Positions 39,901-53,400 of a stretch of 64,000 nucleotides of DNA are shown one piece after another. The stretch comes from Phoronis australis. Its lineage: Eukaryota > Animalia > Phoronida. The translations under genes and the position numbers were made by a program. The stretch covers positions 1,108,518-1,172,517 of the forward strand of contig NMRA01000022.1 of assembly GCA_002633005.1 (NCBI GenBank), written 5' to 3'. Within the stretch, counting starts at the first letter, position 1, and the number at the start of each line of letters is the position of its first letter. The notes under the pieces are model-generated. The model ran no database searches, had not been told where the DNA came from, and was given only the letters and a program-made list of their open reading frames with translations.

Positions 39901-42900
39901 ACTTTCGATCGAAAGCTGGAGACAGTATACGTCACAAATTAGAGGTGACGAGCTTGGAAGGAAGTGGCTGCCTTGAGACCAGCCTCCCGTTCAGTAACGC
40001 TAGGACCTCGCTAAAAACCAGGACTTCGCGAGATTACGTGAGATATTGCCGTGTATTTTAAAATAGAACACGTGACCTTGGCTAGATTTCAGCTAGGTCC
40101 TAGCGGAGGTCCTAACGTTGCTGAACGCAAGCCGGGTCAAACAAGTTGGCTTCACACCGTCAGCCGTGGCGCAGATGGTTTTTATACGCCGATAATGTAC
40201 TAAGTCATTAAGGAATTGTTAGTGTTTCTACATCTGCGGACCACTTCTAATGTTAGAAAGCAATGATCCGAGACCAGTTTTACAACGATTCTTGATACAA
40301 TTTATTTCAAAGACGACCGTTTCTTTAACATAACGCAGGTATATCGAGCTCCAAAATCATGCTTGGAGCTACTTCTTGACATAGCGGCCATGTAGTTGTT
40401 TTATCTCTGGTGCCATGGCAGGCTCAGAACAAAATTGATCTTATACAGTCTTCATGACAACCATTTGTTAATACAATTGATAAAAAGAAGCCATCTAGCA
40501 CTTGGGCAGTCATTGGTCGGATTTTCTTTTGCATGGAAACTGTAGCGCCTCTCGAAAATATGTGCAGAATGCTGCTTCTCCCATTAACAATAGTACGCAA
40601 GACCTCTAAACTAGACGATGATAATAGGGGACAGAGCGAGATGTCCATGCAAGTAATGAAATTTAACGATCTGAACATCAAAGAGTTTTTTCCAAACTGG
40701 ATTGGAGAGCTGTAACAGCGTAAAGCACTCGATCATATATTTCATTATACATTTTCACGACATGCATCTCCTATGAACTGAATTCGAGGTTATTCAAATG
40801 CATTTGGCCAACACAGCAATGTGGTAAAACAGATACACATGTACACACAGTTTAAAACTAACCAAGAATGCCCTGTCGTGAGTCTAACATCGTCGAAAAA
40901 CTAAGGCGCTCCAATAATCAAGGACTCATTGAGTTACTTTTATCAAATGCATTTTTATCGTCTATAAAGATTTAGAAAAAGAGATTTTTTCTATCCACGA
41001 ATTATGGTGCTTTTGCATTTAAAGCTGCATTGCGCTCTGTCTAGGTGTCACTTAAAATTCGAGTTCTTAACAAGAGAATTTCAGCGTTTAAAAACGTTAC
41101 TTTTTCAAGCAATCCCAAACTGGTGTCGACTGAATAGGTAACTTTGAAGACGAGGCAAGGAGACCGAGTATCGTTCAAGGGTTATTCTGCCGTGCACCTT
41201 AGTGCGCCATCTTCCTAAATCATGCATTAATCTTGTCACATGAACAAAACGACACGACTCGGAAACTAGGTCGTTCTGGGTCATCAGTCTTATGTACTCA
41301 CAGAAATGGCTGATTGTGAATGAATTTCTAGCGCGTCATTTTAGAATTTCATGGTTGGCAAACCCGGATAAAATAGATGATTCTTAACCCGGTTACGGGT
41401 TTGTCCTTCAAGGTAACACAGTTAACTTGTTTTGACAACAATTCTTTTCAGGAGAAAGAAAATTTAGATTAGTTTTATAAAAGTAAAAGGACTAATTCTA
41501 TATTCGGTTTTAGACCGCTAAACATTCGATTTCGTCCATGAAATAAGTTAATCTCTGCAACTCCTAATATTGGCATCCACGTTTTTCATTAAAAACTTTA
41601 GGGCGACGCGTTTGGTTCAAGTAAACTGCTACTGATCAGTGAAATACTGGCGTTATCCGGAGTGCAGTCTCAGCTACACCACTGAGCAATGGTGCACCTT
41701 TCACGTATTACCCAGAAAAAAGTAAACTTATAATCACAATCAGAAACTCGTAATGTCGCGTAAACTCGCTCTTAATGCCTCATAGCCTTGTCTTTGGAGC
41801 ATATCCAGTTGACCCCGTTTTTTACCCAGGTCGACCATACGTCATTTGTACACAATCGCTAATAATTTGTCCATTAAGAGCAAAATGAAGCTTTGTTAAT
41901 ATGGGAATTTGCAATCAGCTGTTCATAACAAATGAACTATGATCGTAGTAGGGCGCATTGATTATCGTTTCAAGCAATGTCGCTGGCGTACACCTGTTTA
42001 ACATATTTAGCTGTTCACTGAACAATTGTCCTCCTATCAACACGTAATTGAGTACCCAGGAAACAAAACAGATCCCAGTAAATATTCATCAAATTAGTGT
42101 TAACTTTTTAATCATGTGTTCTTTTATTTCTGCATTATGAAATCAACATGATGATTTCACTGTTTCAGAACAGTTATTGTCGCCATTTCCTTACCATCTC
42201 GATCATCATTTTTCTCTAGCCTCGACTCCAGCAGATAATCGAGAATCTTTTCAGGAGTTCCAGCCATCACAGAATACCTTACCAATAAAATAACAGACGT
42301 ACAGTAAAGATATGAGATATGGGCCTTTGCTACATTATGAGCAGCATTTCGCTCTGTTTAGCTGGCATAAATGGAAATCGAATTAAGTATTTCACTCTTA
42401 TTGAATCGGTCTCATAATATTCCTTACCGTAAAAGCATCCTATTCTCGTTGCCAATAGGAACATTCAGTTGAAACCACCAATGACTGACGAGAATGCATC
42501 AGAGTTTATCAGGATTGACCAATCCCTAAATTTGTGAAATCAAAATTGGCGCCTGTGCGCACTGAGTTTGTAGCAGGAACGGAGCCTTATCGTCGCAGGG
42601 AATGAATGAGGACTATTTTACGGAAGTAAAAGGTTAGTCCTAATTCGACGGATTTTGGCTACCTAAACAGAGCAAAATGCAGCTTTATTTACTTCAGACG
42701 TTCAGCTTAGATGTTCCACTATGATAATGTGACTAAAGCATTTTGAATACCAAATATTCTGAATGTATGAATATCCAAAGCAACAAAGTTCGGATCCAGA
42801 AGAAGGTTGGGCAAAAGACGAACATACATGATGCGTTATATTCCTCAATGGCAGCAATGCAAATGTGGTTACGCTGGGGTGCACAGATCGTATTGCACTA

Positions 42901-45900
42901 CCCTTCGGAATACGCGCTTTGTATCACAACAGAGAAACGGTGCACACACATGTACGCAAATAGAAGCCAGCCTAATGATGCTACTCACTTGTACTGCGAA
43001 TGTTGTCTATGATACAAGCCGTTACCAGCGGAAACAGATGGGATCTGCTCCAGTACCAAAACTTCCTTCTCGTGTTCCTTGAGTCTTACGGTGTTCGCCT
43101 CGACATCCTACGCGTACAAGTACTTTAAGTGAACCATTCGTACCATTTAAATAGAATGAATCAAAAATGACTCAGACTAAGGAAAACTGTAACCAATGCT
43201 TTCAGACCGGGCTGTATATCACAATATTGTTTAATTGGTTGTTATCATTAACGCACTTACATGTATGTTCTACAGAACGCACCTTAGGGATGAACACAAA
43301 GGAAATGTGCTTTTGTCTGAGGAAAAGTGGTGTTTCATTAGAATTGTATCTACAAGCAGATATTGCGATATAACCTGAAATTTTTTTTAAGTGCTGCGCT
43401 TGCTAGCGGCTCGACAAGAATTACAAACATTAAGAGGAAACTGTTGTTTAAATTGTTAACGGAAAACTTACTGTGAGTATTCTGTTAAAATCATCTTTGT
43501 CCACTCGTAAAAAGTGGCAGTTGTTTTCTCGTAGTATTATGGTCGCTGCCCTAATAAGAAAATTACCTGTACAAGGTTATAGCTGAAACACTGGCTGGAT
43601 TTAAACGTGGGTGAAGTCTCACGTAAATCTTTAATCATTTCATGTACTTCATGATTCAAAGCACTCGCGAATTAAGGTGCTCCCTGGTATTGGATTAAAC
43701 AAATCCTTGTCAAAAATATCGAACACTAGTGACGATCGTTTAAAAATGTAATGATATAGAATAAGTTAAGTGCTATTAAGAAGTCATACATTGACAAAAT
43801 GACGGTATTCTGGTGATTATCGAAATGCACTAAAGAGCAATCCAAACTATGTTACCACTTTGAAGAAATTGTATTTGAAGCCTAAAGGATAATGTGTATA
43901 CACCTAACTATGTCTGTACCTCGGTGCGTCGTTAACCAAAGCCAGTTTTCCGAAGTCGTCTCCTTCGTTTAACGTACACACTACCCCCTTGCCGTGAATG
44001 ACGACGTTGACAGATCCCTTCAGAATGATATACCACGATTTTCCTTCGTCTCCTTGGCTGAAAACTGATCCACAGTGCAAAATACAGAAACAGTTTCTGT
44101 TCTCGTGCAACAGATCTTTAGACGTGGGTATCTATGTCCACTCGGGCATATGTCGAACAGAACTACAGAAGTTCTTCAAATGCATTGTTTTCGATAGTTG
44201 TCACATGTCTAATGTTCATACTTTATATGTGAAATTCGTTACGACATTAGGGAAAGTTGGTTGCAGTAAGGAATGTTCAAGCAAGTGCAAATTACTCCAA
44301 TCTTTATAGTCAGTCATAAGGCTGAAATAGTACTGATTTTCTTGATAACTGGGAGTAGGCACCAAGAAGATACTCAAATCCAAATACAATCCGTTTTAGA
44401 CACAATATAATCCTAAAAATGTACTGTCATGTCTGAATTGCTGTACACAAACGGCAGCATTACAATTACATGAATCATGCCATGGTTACAACGACGTGGG
44501 ATGTATGTCGTGTATAATCTTACGTAAGTCCCCTTCACTGGTGTGAGATTCAAACATAAGAACATAGGCCAGTTGGCGTTTAACCATCGTGGATAGATGT
44601 GATAAGGCCTTAATATGTAGTGACTCCTCATAAACAAGTTGTAGCTCTTCAGGACTTCGGTCTTTTGACCTGAAATCAAAGGGAAATCGTAATATTATTA
44701 TCAAAGAAGTTGACATTGTACACTGTACCTATTTGCAGAAACTTGCTAAAACACTGTATGGCTTAGTTACCGGTATTGGATAGTTTTCTACAAGAAACTT
44801 TAAATTTGTTTTTGAACTCCACTACTGACTGGATAACGTGGAATACCCACAATGCATTGCAAATTACTTCTGAACGAAATTCACAGATCTCTGTAGGGTA
44901 CAAGAAAACGGTTAGACCATTACATTTCATATACTGTACAATAATTATCGCAATGCACAGACTTCGACAGAATCTTGCCAGACTCTGCCTAACTTGAAAA
45001 TACTACATGGCCAAATTATTGGGAAGCCTAATCAAACGTTTTTCGAACTTAATCTGAGCTTAATGAGACGTCAGGGTCGTAGGAAGCGGGAGCGGGGGTG
45101 GGGGTGGGGGGCACACCCCCAAATTTTAAGGTTTCAGGATTAAACCGTGGCAGCCGACATACGCGTCGAGAAAAGAAAGACTGATAAATGCGAATAAGAC
45201 AGAAAATCCAAGAGAACAATTAACAATTCTGTGTCAGTGCATGGTTTACCTTTTGAGGACCCTGGCCAGGACATTGTTGTTGGGGTATCCGCTTTAGCTG
45301 CACAGGTCGTCTAAACGCACTTGGAAAGGTGCACGTAATGATTCATGCATATAAATCGAAAATTCGAGAAAATGTGCAAAGCGAAGCTTATGCGGAGCGT
45401 ATTAATTTACTGGAATTTCAATTCGACCGCAAAACCATATTTTCCAGAGGTCCCTCTATGGCAAGGGATAACGGATACAGCTGTCGTTTTTCTCGAATTG
45501 TATATCATTTGAGAAAAATTGAAGACCTGACAAACATAATCAATTGCTGCACATTTCTTGATTTTTAAAAATATAGATATTTTCCCATTGAAAGGTCTCA
45601 CCTTTGAAGGAGTCCATTGAGGACATTCAAGCGGCCACAGTTTTGATGTTTTCATTGACGAATGCTTAGGGGTTCGCTCACGGAGTGAGGGCCCAATGTT
45701 AAACATGATTATGTCTATTTTTCTGTTTTTTTTGTGAAATCGTGCAACCGACTTTCATGTTGAAGAAGGTCACTTCCTGCACCGTCGTGTGACCACACGA
45801 CGGTGGAATGAACTGTTACTTTTTGCCTTAATGATGTTCAGTCTTTCGTAATTAAGGTGTCCCATTTCAAACGGCACCCTCTCTCAGTGGAGGAGTTCGG

Positions 45901-48900
45901 GGAAATGTCCCTTTGTCCCTCTATACATGTAAATTCGACACTGCCAAGTATTCACGAGGGAAGTTGCTATTTCAACTTCATCAAAACACACAAAACATTT
46001 CTGCACAGCACAGCAGTATCAAGACATTCGACTCAAACAACCAAAAAATTTGAAAAATATATAATAGGATTGACCGCCATCGAAAGGGAGTCAGGAATTT
46101 CAAACAACGAGAAGACCCCTATTTGTTAATTACACAAAATGTTTATTTCCGTTGGTTAGTTATAGAATAATGTCAATGTTTCCCATAGTATCACAAGAAT
46201 AGTATCTCGTTTGAAGATGGTTACTATGAGTTTGTTTCTAAGGAATTCCCACATGAGGCAAATACTGCTGTTGATGTTACCATTGGGATGAGCGTGTACC
46301 CTGTACCTGTCGAACGAATGTACCCAAATACTCGCAATAATAAACAAATTACACAAATATCTCAGCTTTTTTTTCTTTTGTGATTAAGTCAATCTCGTGA
46401 ACCGTAATAGGGTACCTCGGAAATGAGCACAAATACACCTCACTATGTATGCCCAATCTCCCGTCAAAAATCTGCGAGCATGTCTGCGGAAATTGCTTAT
46501 AACATTCCGTTTTGATCAACAAAGTACTTGGTTTCTGATTTACATGTTTATGTATCTACTAATACCGACAGGATAATATGTGATTTTTTGGCAAATAGAA
46601 GCTAATCTTTTAAGAAATGATGACGATTTATGAAAACATTATAATAGTAAAGTGCACCTGGACGCTTCTTGCCTATACAAAATAACTTTCAAAGATTGGT
46701 GAAATTTGGGCACTTCCCAAAAATTTACTCACAATTCAAATGACAATAAATGCATTGCTTTTTGACATCGGTACAAGATTTGTTGTTTAAAGTCACTTAC
46801 AGGGGACAAAAAAGGAATTTCGTCATTAAGTCAAGGTAAACGCAATGCTCATGGATTTGATTGTTGGTTTCCGATTTACATGCTTATTTATCTTCGAAAG
46901 TGAACTCGTTGAGAGATGAATTTTTTGACAATTAGAAGCTAATCTTGTAAGAAAGATCAATGTTTCAATGAACTTAATTACAAGCCGACATTGGAAAAAT
47001 TCGATTTTTGTCTATCTGAAATAAGTCTCAAGGAAATTGGTGACTTTCGGACAGGTCAACAATGTGTTCTAAAATGTTCGCAAATGACAGTAAATTGTTT
47101 GCCTTAGGAACTAGATTACGGGGTTTAGTTTTCAAACCGTAGATCTGGTCATCAACTTGGAAAGGTTGTGTTTGAACTTCCTTGATGTTTTTGGTTTCCA
47201 GTAGTATTGCACAAAGAATTTTTGTTCTTCAAAACTGATTCATTTGTTTGCATTTCCCATGCATAGTACACACACGGCATGCGCGCACCCAGCCTACAAT
47301 ATAGGGGGTTCGAATTTTTGAGAATGTTGACCTTTTACTAAAGAAAAAAAAACGAAGACGGGCTTCGTTCAGGGCTATGAATTGTGCATATGCCGAATCT
47401 TGCCTTTATAGGGGACTTTGTGTCATTTTGCTCAGACTTTTTGTTCCTCTGAGGTGGACAAATGTACTCACTTTGCCAAATGGGGAGGGGCTCGTTCGAG
47501 AGCCTCCGAGCCCCCGAGCCCCCGAGCCCCCCCCCACCCGATGCGTGCATGCACGGAACACGTCATGAGCGGCACGCCCACGTTACAAACAAGGTGTAAC
47601 CATGCAGTAGGCCTGCGTAGAATCTCAGTTACCCACAGGAACTGAATTTGAATTTCAGACGTTGAAGTGTGTGCATATTTGGGACGCATTCTGTATCAAT
47701 TCTCGGTCCCAGCAACCAGAAACTGAATTACAGACCGTGTTTCATCAAGGATATCTGAAACGGCCACAAAGGCACTCACCTCACCTCTTTCCAAATATTA
47801 CTTCAAAGAATGGACATAATAAAATGAAGTTTTCCCGAAACTCGATCATAATAAAAAGAATCTTGACCTTTGAACCAGAGCAGAGGAATAGGTACGAATC
47901 CACTGTTGGAATCCAGCTATAGTTACCCGGTACTTCAGGCAGCTCCGCATCAACCCGTCAGTGCGCTCGGGCCTGAGACCCATTCTTACTCTTCATGAAA
48001 CTTTGTTGGTTCACGACGGTTACTCAGATTCCGTCGACTGCTTCCCCGGTATTACCCCAACATATGGCGGACATGGGGGCTCGGTACCAATATGGTGACA
48101 TCCAAATAAGGGGGGGGGGGTGACGATAGCACATGAAGGGAGTAGGTTGGCGAAGTCAAATTGGTTTGTGTCCCCCAATATTTTTTCCTTTCTACGGGCC
48201 TGGATGTCCCTGCACCTAACAGCTAATTATTAACTTGTTAATAGACTTCTAAGGCAAATGCGCAAAGCAACTACTGCCGAGATTCTTACAGAGTAGAAAT
48301 GTGTTCTAATAAAAAGAAATGGATATTTATAGAACTGGTTTTGTGAGTCGAATTAAGATGTCCTGTTGATTACTTCGAAACGTAATATTCTATGTAACTT
48401 TTTAAGCCCGCATGTTACCCACTGATTATATCAGGAAACGTAAATAACCAAGGGCGTTGCTGCACTTACTCTTTTCGACATATCATCCTCATCAGAGCGT
48501 CTGCTGCAACCTGCGCCAGATACCGCAACGCCTCCTGTAGTTCACTTTTGATTCCATTGTCTAGGTCACTCGTGGCGTCGGGTTTAGTGTCAATAAACTG
48601 GTACAGAAGTTGGGAGTCGTCTTTGAAATGGAAGTCATTATTCACTGAAATAATGTTCAAAATCACGGTAATAAAACTGGCAACTAAACAGTCTTTACGC
48701 TGTCGTTATCTAGAAAAGCGTAGGTCGTATAGAAGTCCGAAAACACCATAGCATTTGACTAAGTGTGCCATGCAATGGAAGACTTGCAGAGACCAACGAA
48801 TGTTGATTACATGGAACCAGAGACTCTTATCGCTACCTGGTTGTGACAGGAGGTTCGTTTAAGCAGCCGGTAGCTTAGGGAAACATTTCGTCTGACACCG

Positions 48901-50390
48901 CACGTGATTAGAGGTACAGTTAATTGCATCTTCTTCCTTCAGAAGTCAATAATATCAAGTCCCACGGGATCAGTCGCCACGTTGCTATGTGTGCTTGACA
49001 ATCTCTCAATGACTCATTTTCCGTGTTGAAGATATGAAATAAATTTTACATAATGTATTTTAATAAAAACTGCAGCTGCGAGTTTTCAGTTAAAGGGGAA
49101 GGCAACCTCTTTCATGTCATTTTTAGCAAAAATAAGGTTCATTGATTATCCCAGACACATTGTTCACTTAATTACAACTTTGGGCAATTTAATTAATCAT
49201 TCGTCCTTGCTCCGAAAGTGACGTTATGGGAGGCAAGAATTTCGTACCAATTTCTTTTTATATAGTCCGACTTTGAGAGCTGTCGACTCGGTCATTGTTC
49301 AACCTCGGTTGTGATAAGTTCGGTCGTCGTTTTCTTTTGTTAGCGAGCCAGTCAACTTGTCACACTGTTGCTGCATACCGGGATATACTCATTATCGCCC
49401 AGAGCCTGTAAGCAGCCCTGCTGCGATGTTGAGTAGTGGGAGTGCATACAGGCGTGCGTTCAGTAGACGCTAGGACCTAGGCTAGAACCTAGCCAAAACC
49501 TAGTCAAGGTCACGTGCTCTTATTTAAAATACACGGCAATATCTCGCGTAATCTCGCAAAGTCTTGCTTTTAAGCTAGGTCCTAGCGTTACTGAACGGGA
49601 GGCTGGCTCAGTTAGACACCGAGGGAAGAGGACAGTTACTCGTCCAATGAACAGATCGGTGAGCCAAACTTTGATAAGTTTATTGTGGACTTGTCTAAAG
49701 TACTGCAGCTATTAGAAGGTGCCGGGTGTATGGCGAGGGAGTCACACGGCAGGATGTAACCAGTGTGTGTGCTCAGGTCACCATCCAGTGGGAGTGTGTC
49801 GCGGACACTCGGACAAGTAGGACTGTTAATCCTTTGTCCGTGAGAGGATAATGAGTACATCCCGGTACGCAGCAACAGTGTAGCATGATGACCGACTCGT
49901 AAAAAGCAAACAGCGGCCCAACTTATCACAACCAAGGTAGAGCAATTACTGACTCGTCGGCTCTCACAGTCGGTCGGTATGAAAAGAAATTGGCGCGAAA
50001 TTCTTGCCTCCCAAAACGTCACTTCCGCAGTAGAGGACGAGTAAATGTTTAAATTACAAAAAGCTGTCATTAACTGAAAAATATGTCTAGCATAATCAAC
50101 GAAAGTTATTTTTGCTAAAACTGACATGAAAAAAAGGTTGCCTCCTCCTCGTTTCCAAAAAGTAGGCCTACTCTACATTCACAGCTGTCAAGACTTTCCT
50201 CACAATATCGTTAAAGCTGAACATACATGTAGGATCCCCTTAAAAATGCTTTGGAACAGCACTTGCCGTCCTCTATGGAAAGACCAATGACAACATTAAA
50301 CCATAAATGAGATGATTTTAAGATCTTTGGGGACCATGATGTATCAGGACTTTGATAAACATGTATCGTGTCCTCAATTAATAAATTTAA

Positions 50391-50441
<51 letters not shown>

Positions 50442-53400
50442 GATATCGAAATCGAACCGATAACGAGTAATACTGTCTAGTGATAGTAGTAATGGCATTA
50501 ATAGCAGTAACAGTAGTGATAGTAATGTAATACTAACGAACATGATAATATGTAGCCAAATTCATGTCGTGTCAGCCCGTCTCATTCCTATACATGTAGA
50601 GGATGTATACGCGGAAAAGTGCAGCCTAAAAGGGTGTTTTTTCACAGAAAAAATACTCTCCAAAATGGTGCCATTCCCGACAAAACTATATCTAAAAGGT
50701 GGCTTTCCTGAATTTCTGAAACAGAAGTGTGTGAAAATGTGAATTTTTATATGTGGATTTTTATACAAATTAGTCTCTAAATAGGTCACTTTTTGTTCTA
50801 GCCCACTCTCTAGACCGGTAAGTGTTCATTTTTTCGGGCAGTACTCCTCATCTAAAAATACTCCAGTACCCCCCGGCCATGTCAGGTACCACTTGTTTGT
50901 GATTTTGGTTATTTTCTATACAATATGATGCGGGTTTCGAAAAATGTAACAATGGTGCATTTCTCGCATGTGCGTTGGAGGTGAAATGTGACAACTACTG
51001 TACGTAAAATGATACAACTTGTCATAATTTAAGGAAAGGCTTAGCAACGTAAAATGCAACAGTTGTAACATTTTACGAAATTGTTACATTTTACGGCGTA
51101 TCAATCTCCTCATGCAAAAGCGGTACATTTAAATACAATTCCTTACACAATGTTTGGACAATGGTGCATAAAGCATAGTGCATGTACATGTGTATCTGAA
51201 AATTCCATCTGCGTCCAATCAGTCATTTGTGAGAAATGTTGAGAAAGCAGTCAAGCTTTGCCATCTTTCTAAGGTCCAACGGCCGGTTTCATCAGACATT
51301 TCCAATAATAGGGACTCAATTAAGGTCTCTAAACTGGTTCCATATTTGTTTCGTAGTTTACTCACTGATGTAATATTTTTCTATCATTTTATCTCTGTTG
51401 CGAGCTCCTCTTTGAACAATGACTTGTTCTAATAATAAAACTAAAACTGAGCCCTTAATTCAATCAAAACAATTAAGGACTTAGTCCTTAAGTTTGGGGC
51501 GTTGCATGAAAAGATCCCTAGCTTCCTAATATTCAACGTTGAGTTCACTCTCTATTTGCATCAAAGCCAAAAAGTGGCTAAGTAATGACACTCAAAACAG
51601 CATAAGAAAGGACAATGTTTTCACAAGACCACACATACACAGTAGATTTGGGGAACTTAGTTGAGTCCCTGTTTGGGACTGTTTCATGCAACTGGGCAAA
51701 GCATACCTTGTAAATGTGCGTTCATGATTCACGCTCTTGCTCGTAATTTACGCTCTCAAAACACGTGTGTCAAAAGCATGTTTGCGTCCGTAATTTACGA
51801 GCGTAATTTACGGGCGCCACTTTCCACCTAGCGGCTAACGACATAAATACCAGTATAGCACAGCTGATTTATGAGCCAAGAGGACTTGTAGTTGTCAGGT
51901 GATGCAATTATTAATTTTTATTGGCAAACGTAAGCAATAGGCTAGGCAGTTAGCTCACTTTCACCGCATGCCGTGAGGCTTTACGTTCGCCAGGTACGTG
52001 AAATCCAAGAAATGAGATATTTGCCTCTCAGTCTCTATAGCAAGATGTTCATGATTCTATTTCGCCGAGGACGTGTCAAATATAAGCAGATCTACCTAAG
52101 CTCATTCACATTAGCTCTTCGCCCTTATTATTTTTCCTAATACGCATATCAATACCATGAGTCAAATGGAGTTCATTGATTGTTTCAGCAGGAAGGCTTG
52201 CTGCCGGGAACTTCAGTTATATCAGTATAACATTCGAGCTTTTGTCTTGCCCAAATTAACCTGAGTGGGTTTTAAGTCGTACATGTATAACATTTTTCTG
52301 TAGACACATGCTGTGCGATTGAGGAACGGCTTATTGGCAAACAACATGTGGCGTAGGAACTATTAGAGAAAAGGATAGCCGATAATCTTCGCAACGTTTA
52401 TTAGAGTGAACAAAGACAATACTCGCGTTCTTCCTGAAGACTTATGTTCAAAAGCATAGTTGTACGTTGAAGAAAAGTCTACAGAAATTTCAGTCGCACA
52501 GTCGTTTTTATTGAGTTGCCCAAAACTTCGAACCGATGTTATGTCGAATTCACGTTACATTTAAGTTAAAAGGGAAACTGTGACTACACGGCTTCCTCCT
52601 AAATCTTCAAATTCCAACCGTGCCACTCCTTTTTAAAGTTTTAGGCAATGAAATCAAAATCGGTTGCAACAAAGCATGTATGTACTACTCAAAATGTATT
52701 AAGTTGGTTTACAGCTGTTGTATGGAGCCATTAATTGTTTCCAAGAGCTAGAGAAATGTCCTTCAATTTACAGAAAGTTGTTTTTTGCCAAATGTAGCAG
52801 ATGACCTTATAACAACTCAAAGTGCCAGTTTTATATAGTTTTTCGCAGTTTTGTATCTGTATAAACTGCAGGCGTGCTTCAAAGTTAAATACTCCTATTG
52901 GATTGTACAGTGTCGTGGAATAAATGCTTAACATTTTTTCCAGCAATGTTTTGTGTTTTTTACCTAGATGGATCTTGACGATGTTTCCGCTATTAGTTGT
53001 TTCGCTATTTTTTACGATTTGAAAAAAATAAGGAAAAACGTTGACTTGTTATTTCACATTAGAATTTTGTTTCTTTAAAAGCGTACGTTACCAGCAAGCC
53101 CCGAACCCCTCTCCAAAAACGTACGGTTGGTACGCAGGTGTAGATGGCCACAATTTTGAACGGTCCGTAATCGTGTACAGTGCAGGAGATTTAACAGTTG
53201 AACGCTCGAGTGGTTCGTGTTTTGAGCAAGTGCCATGGAAAATTAAATTCGTTTTAATGAGTGACATAGCTGATCATTGATAGGACCCCCATTGGTCAGA
53301 CATGAAATCAGGCACACTTCCAAGTTTGTTTAAAATGAATTCCAGGCAGCGAATGAATACATGTATTATTACAGTTACTAAACTAATAAACGTTACGTGT

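Noticed and set aside
40260-40715. LINE endonuclease relic (VYRAP motif)
   Set aside because: Single short motif with no supporting GDFN/SDH motifs in frame.
49636-50127. 163-aa minus ORF
   Set aside because: Lies in the arm and spacer of a fold-back element; the other arm lacks the frame.
50211-50543. Hydrophobic poly-Ile membrane protein ORF
   Set aside because: Translation of the (AAT)n microsatellite.
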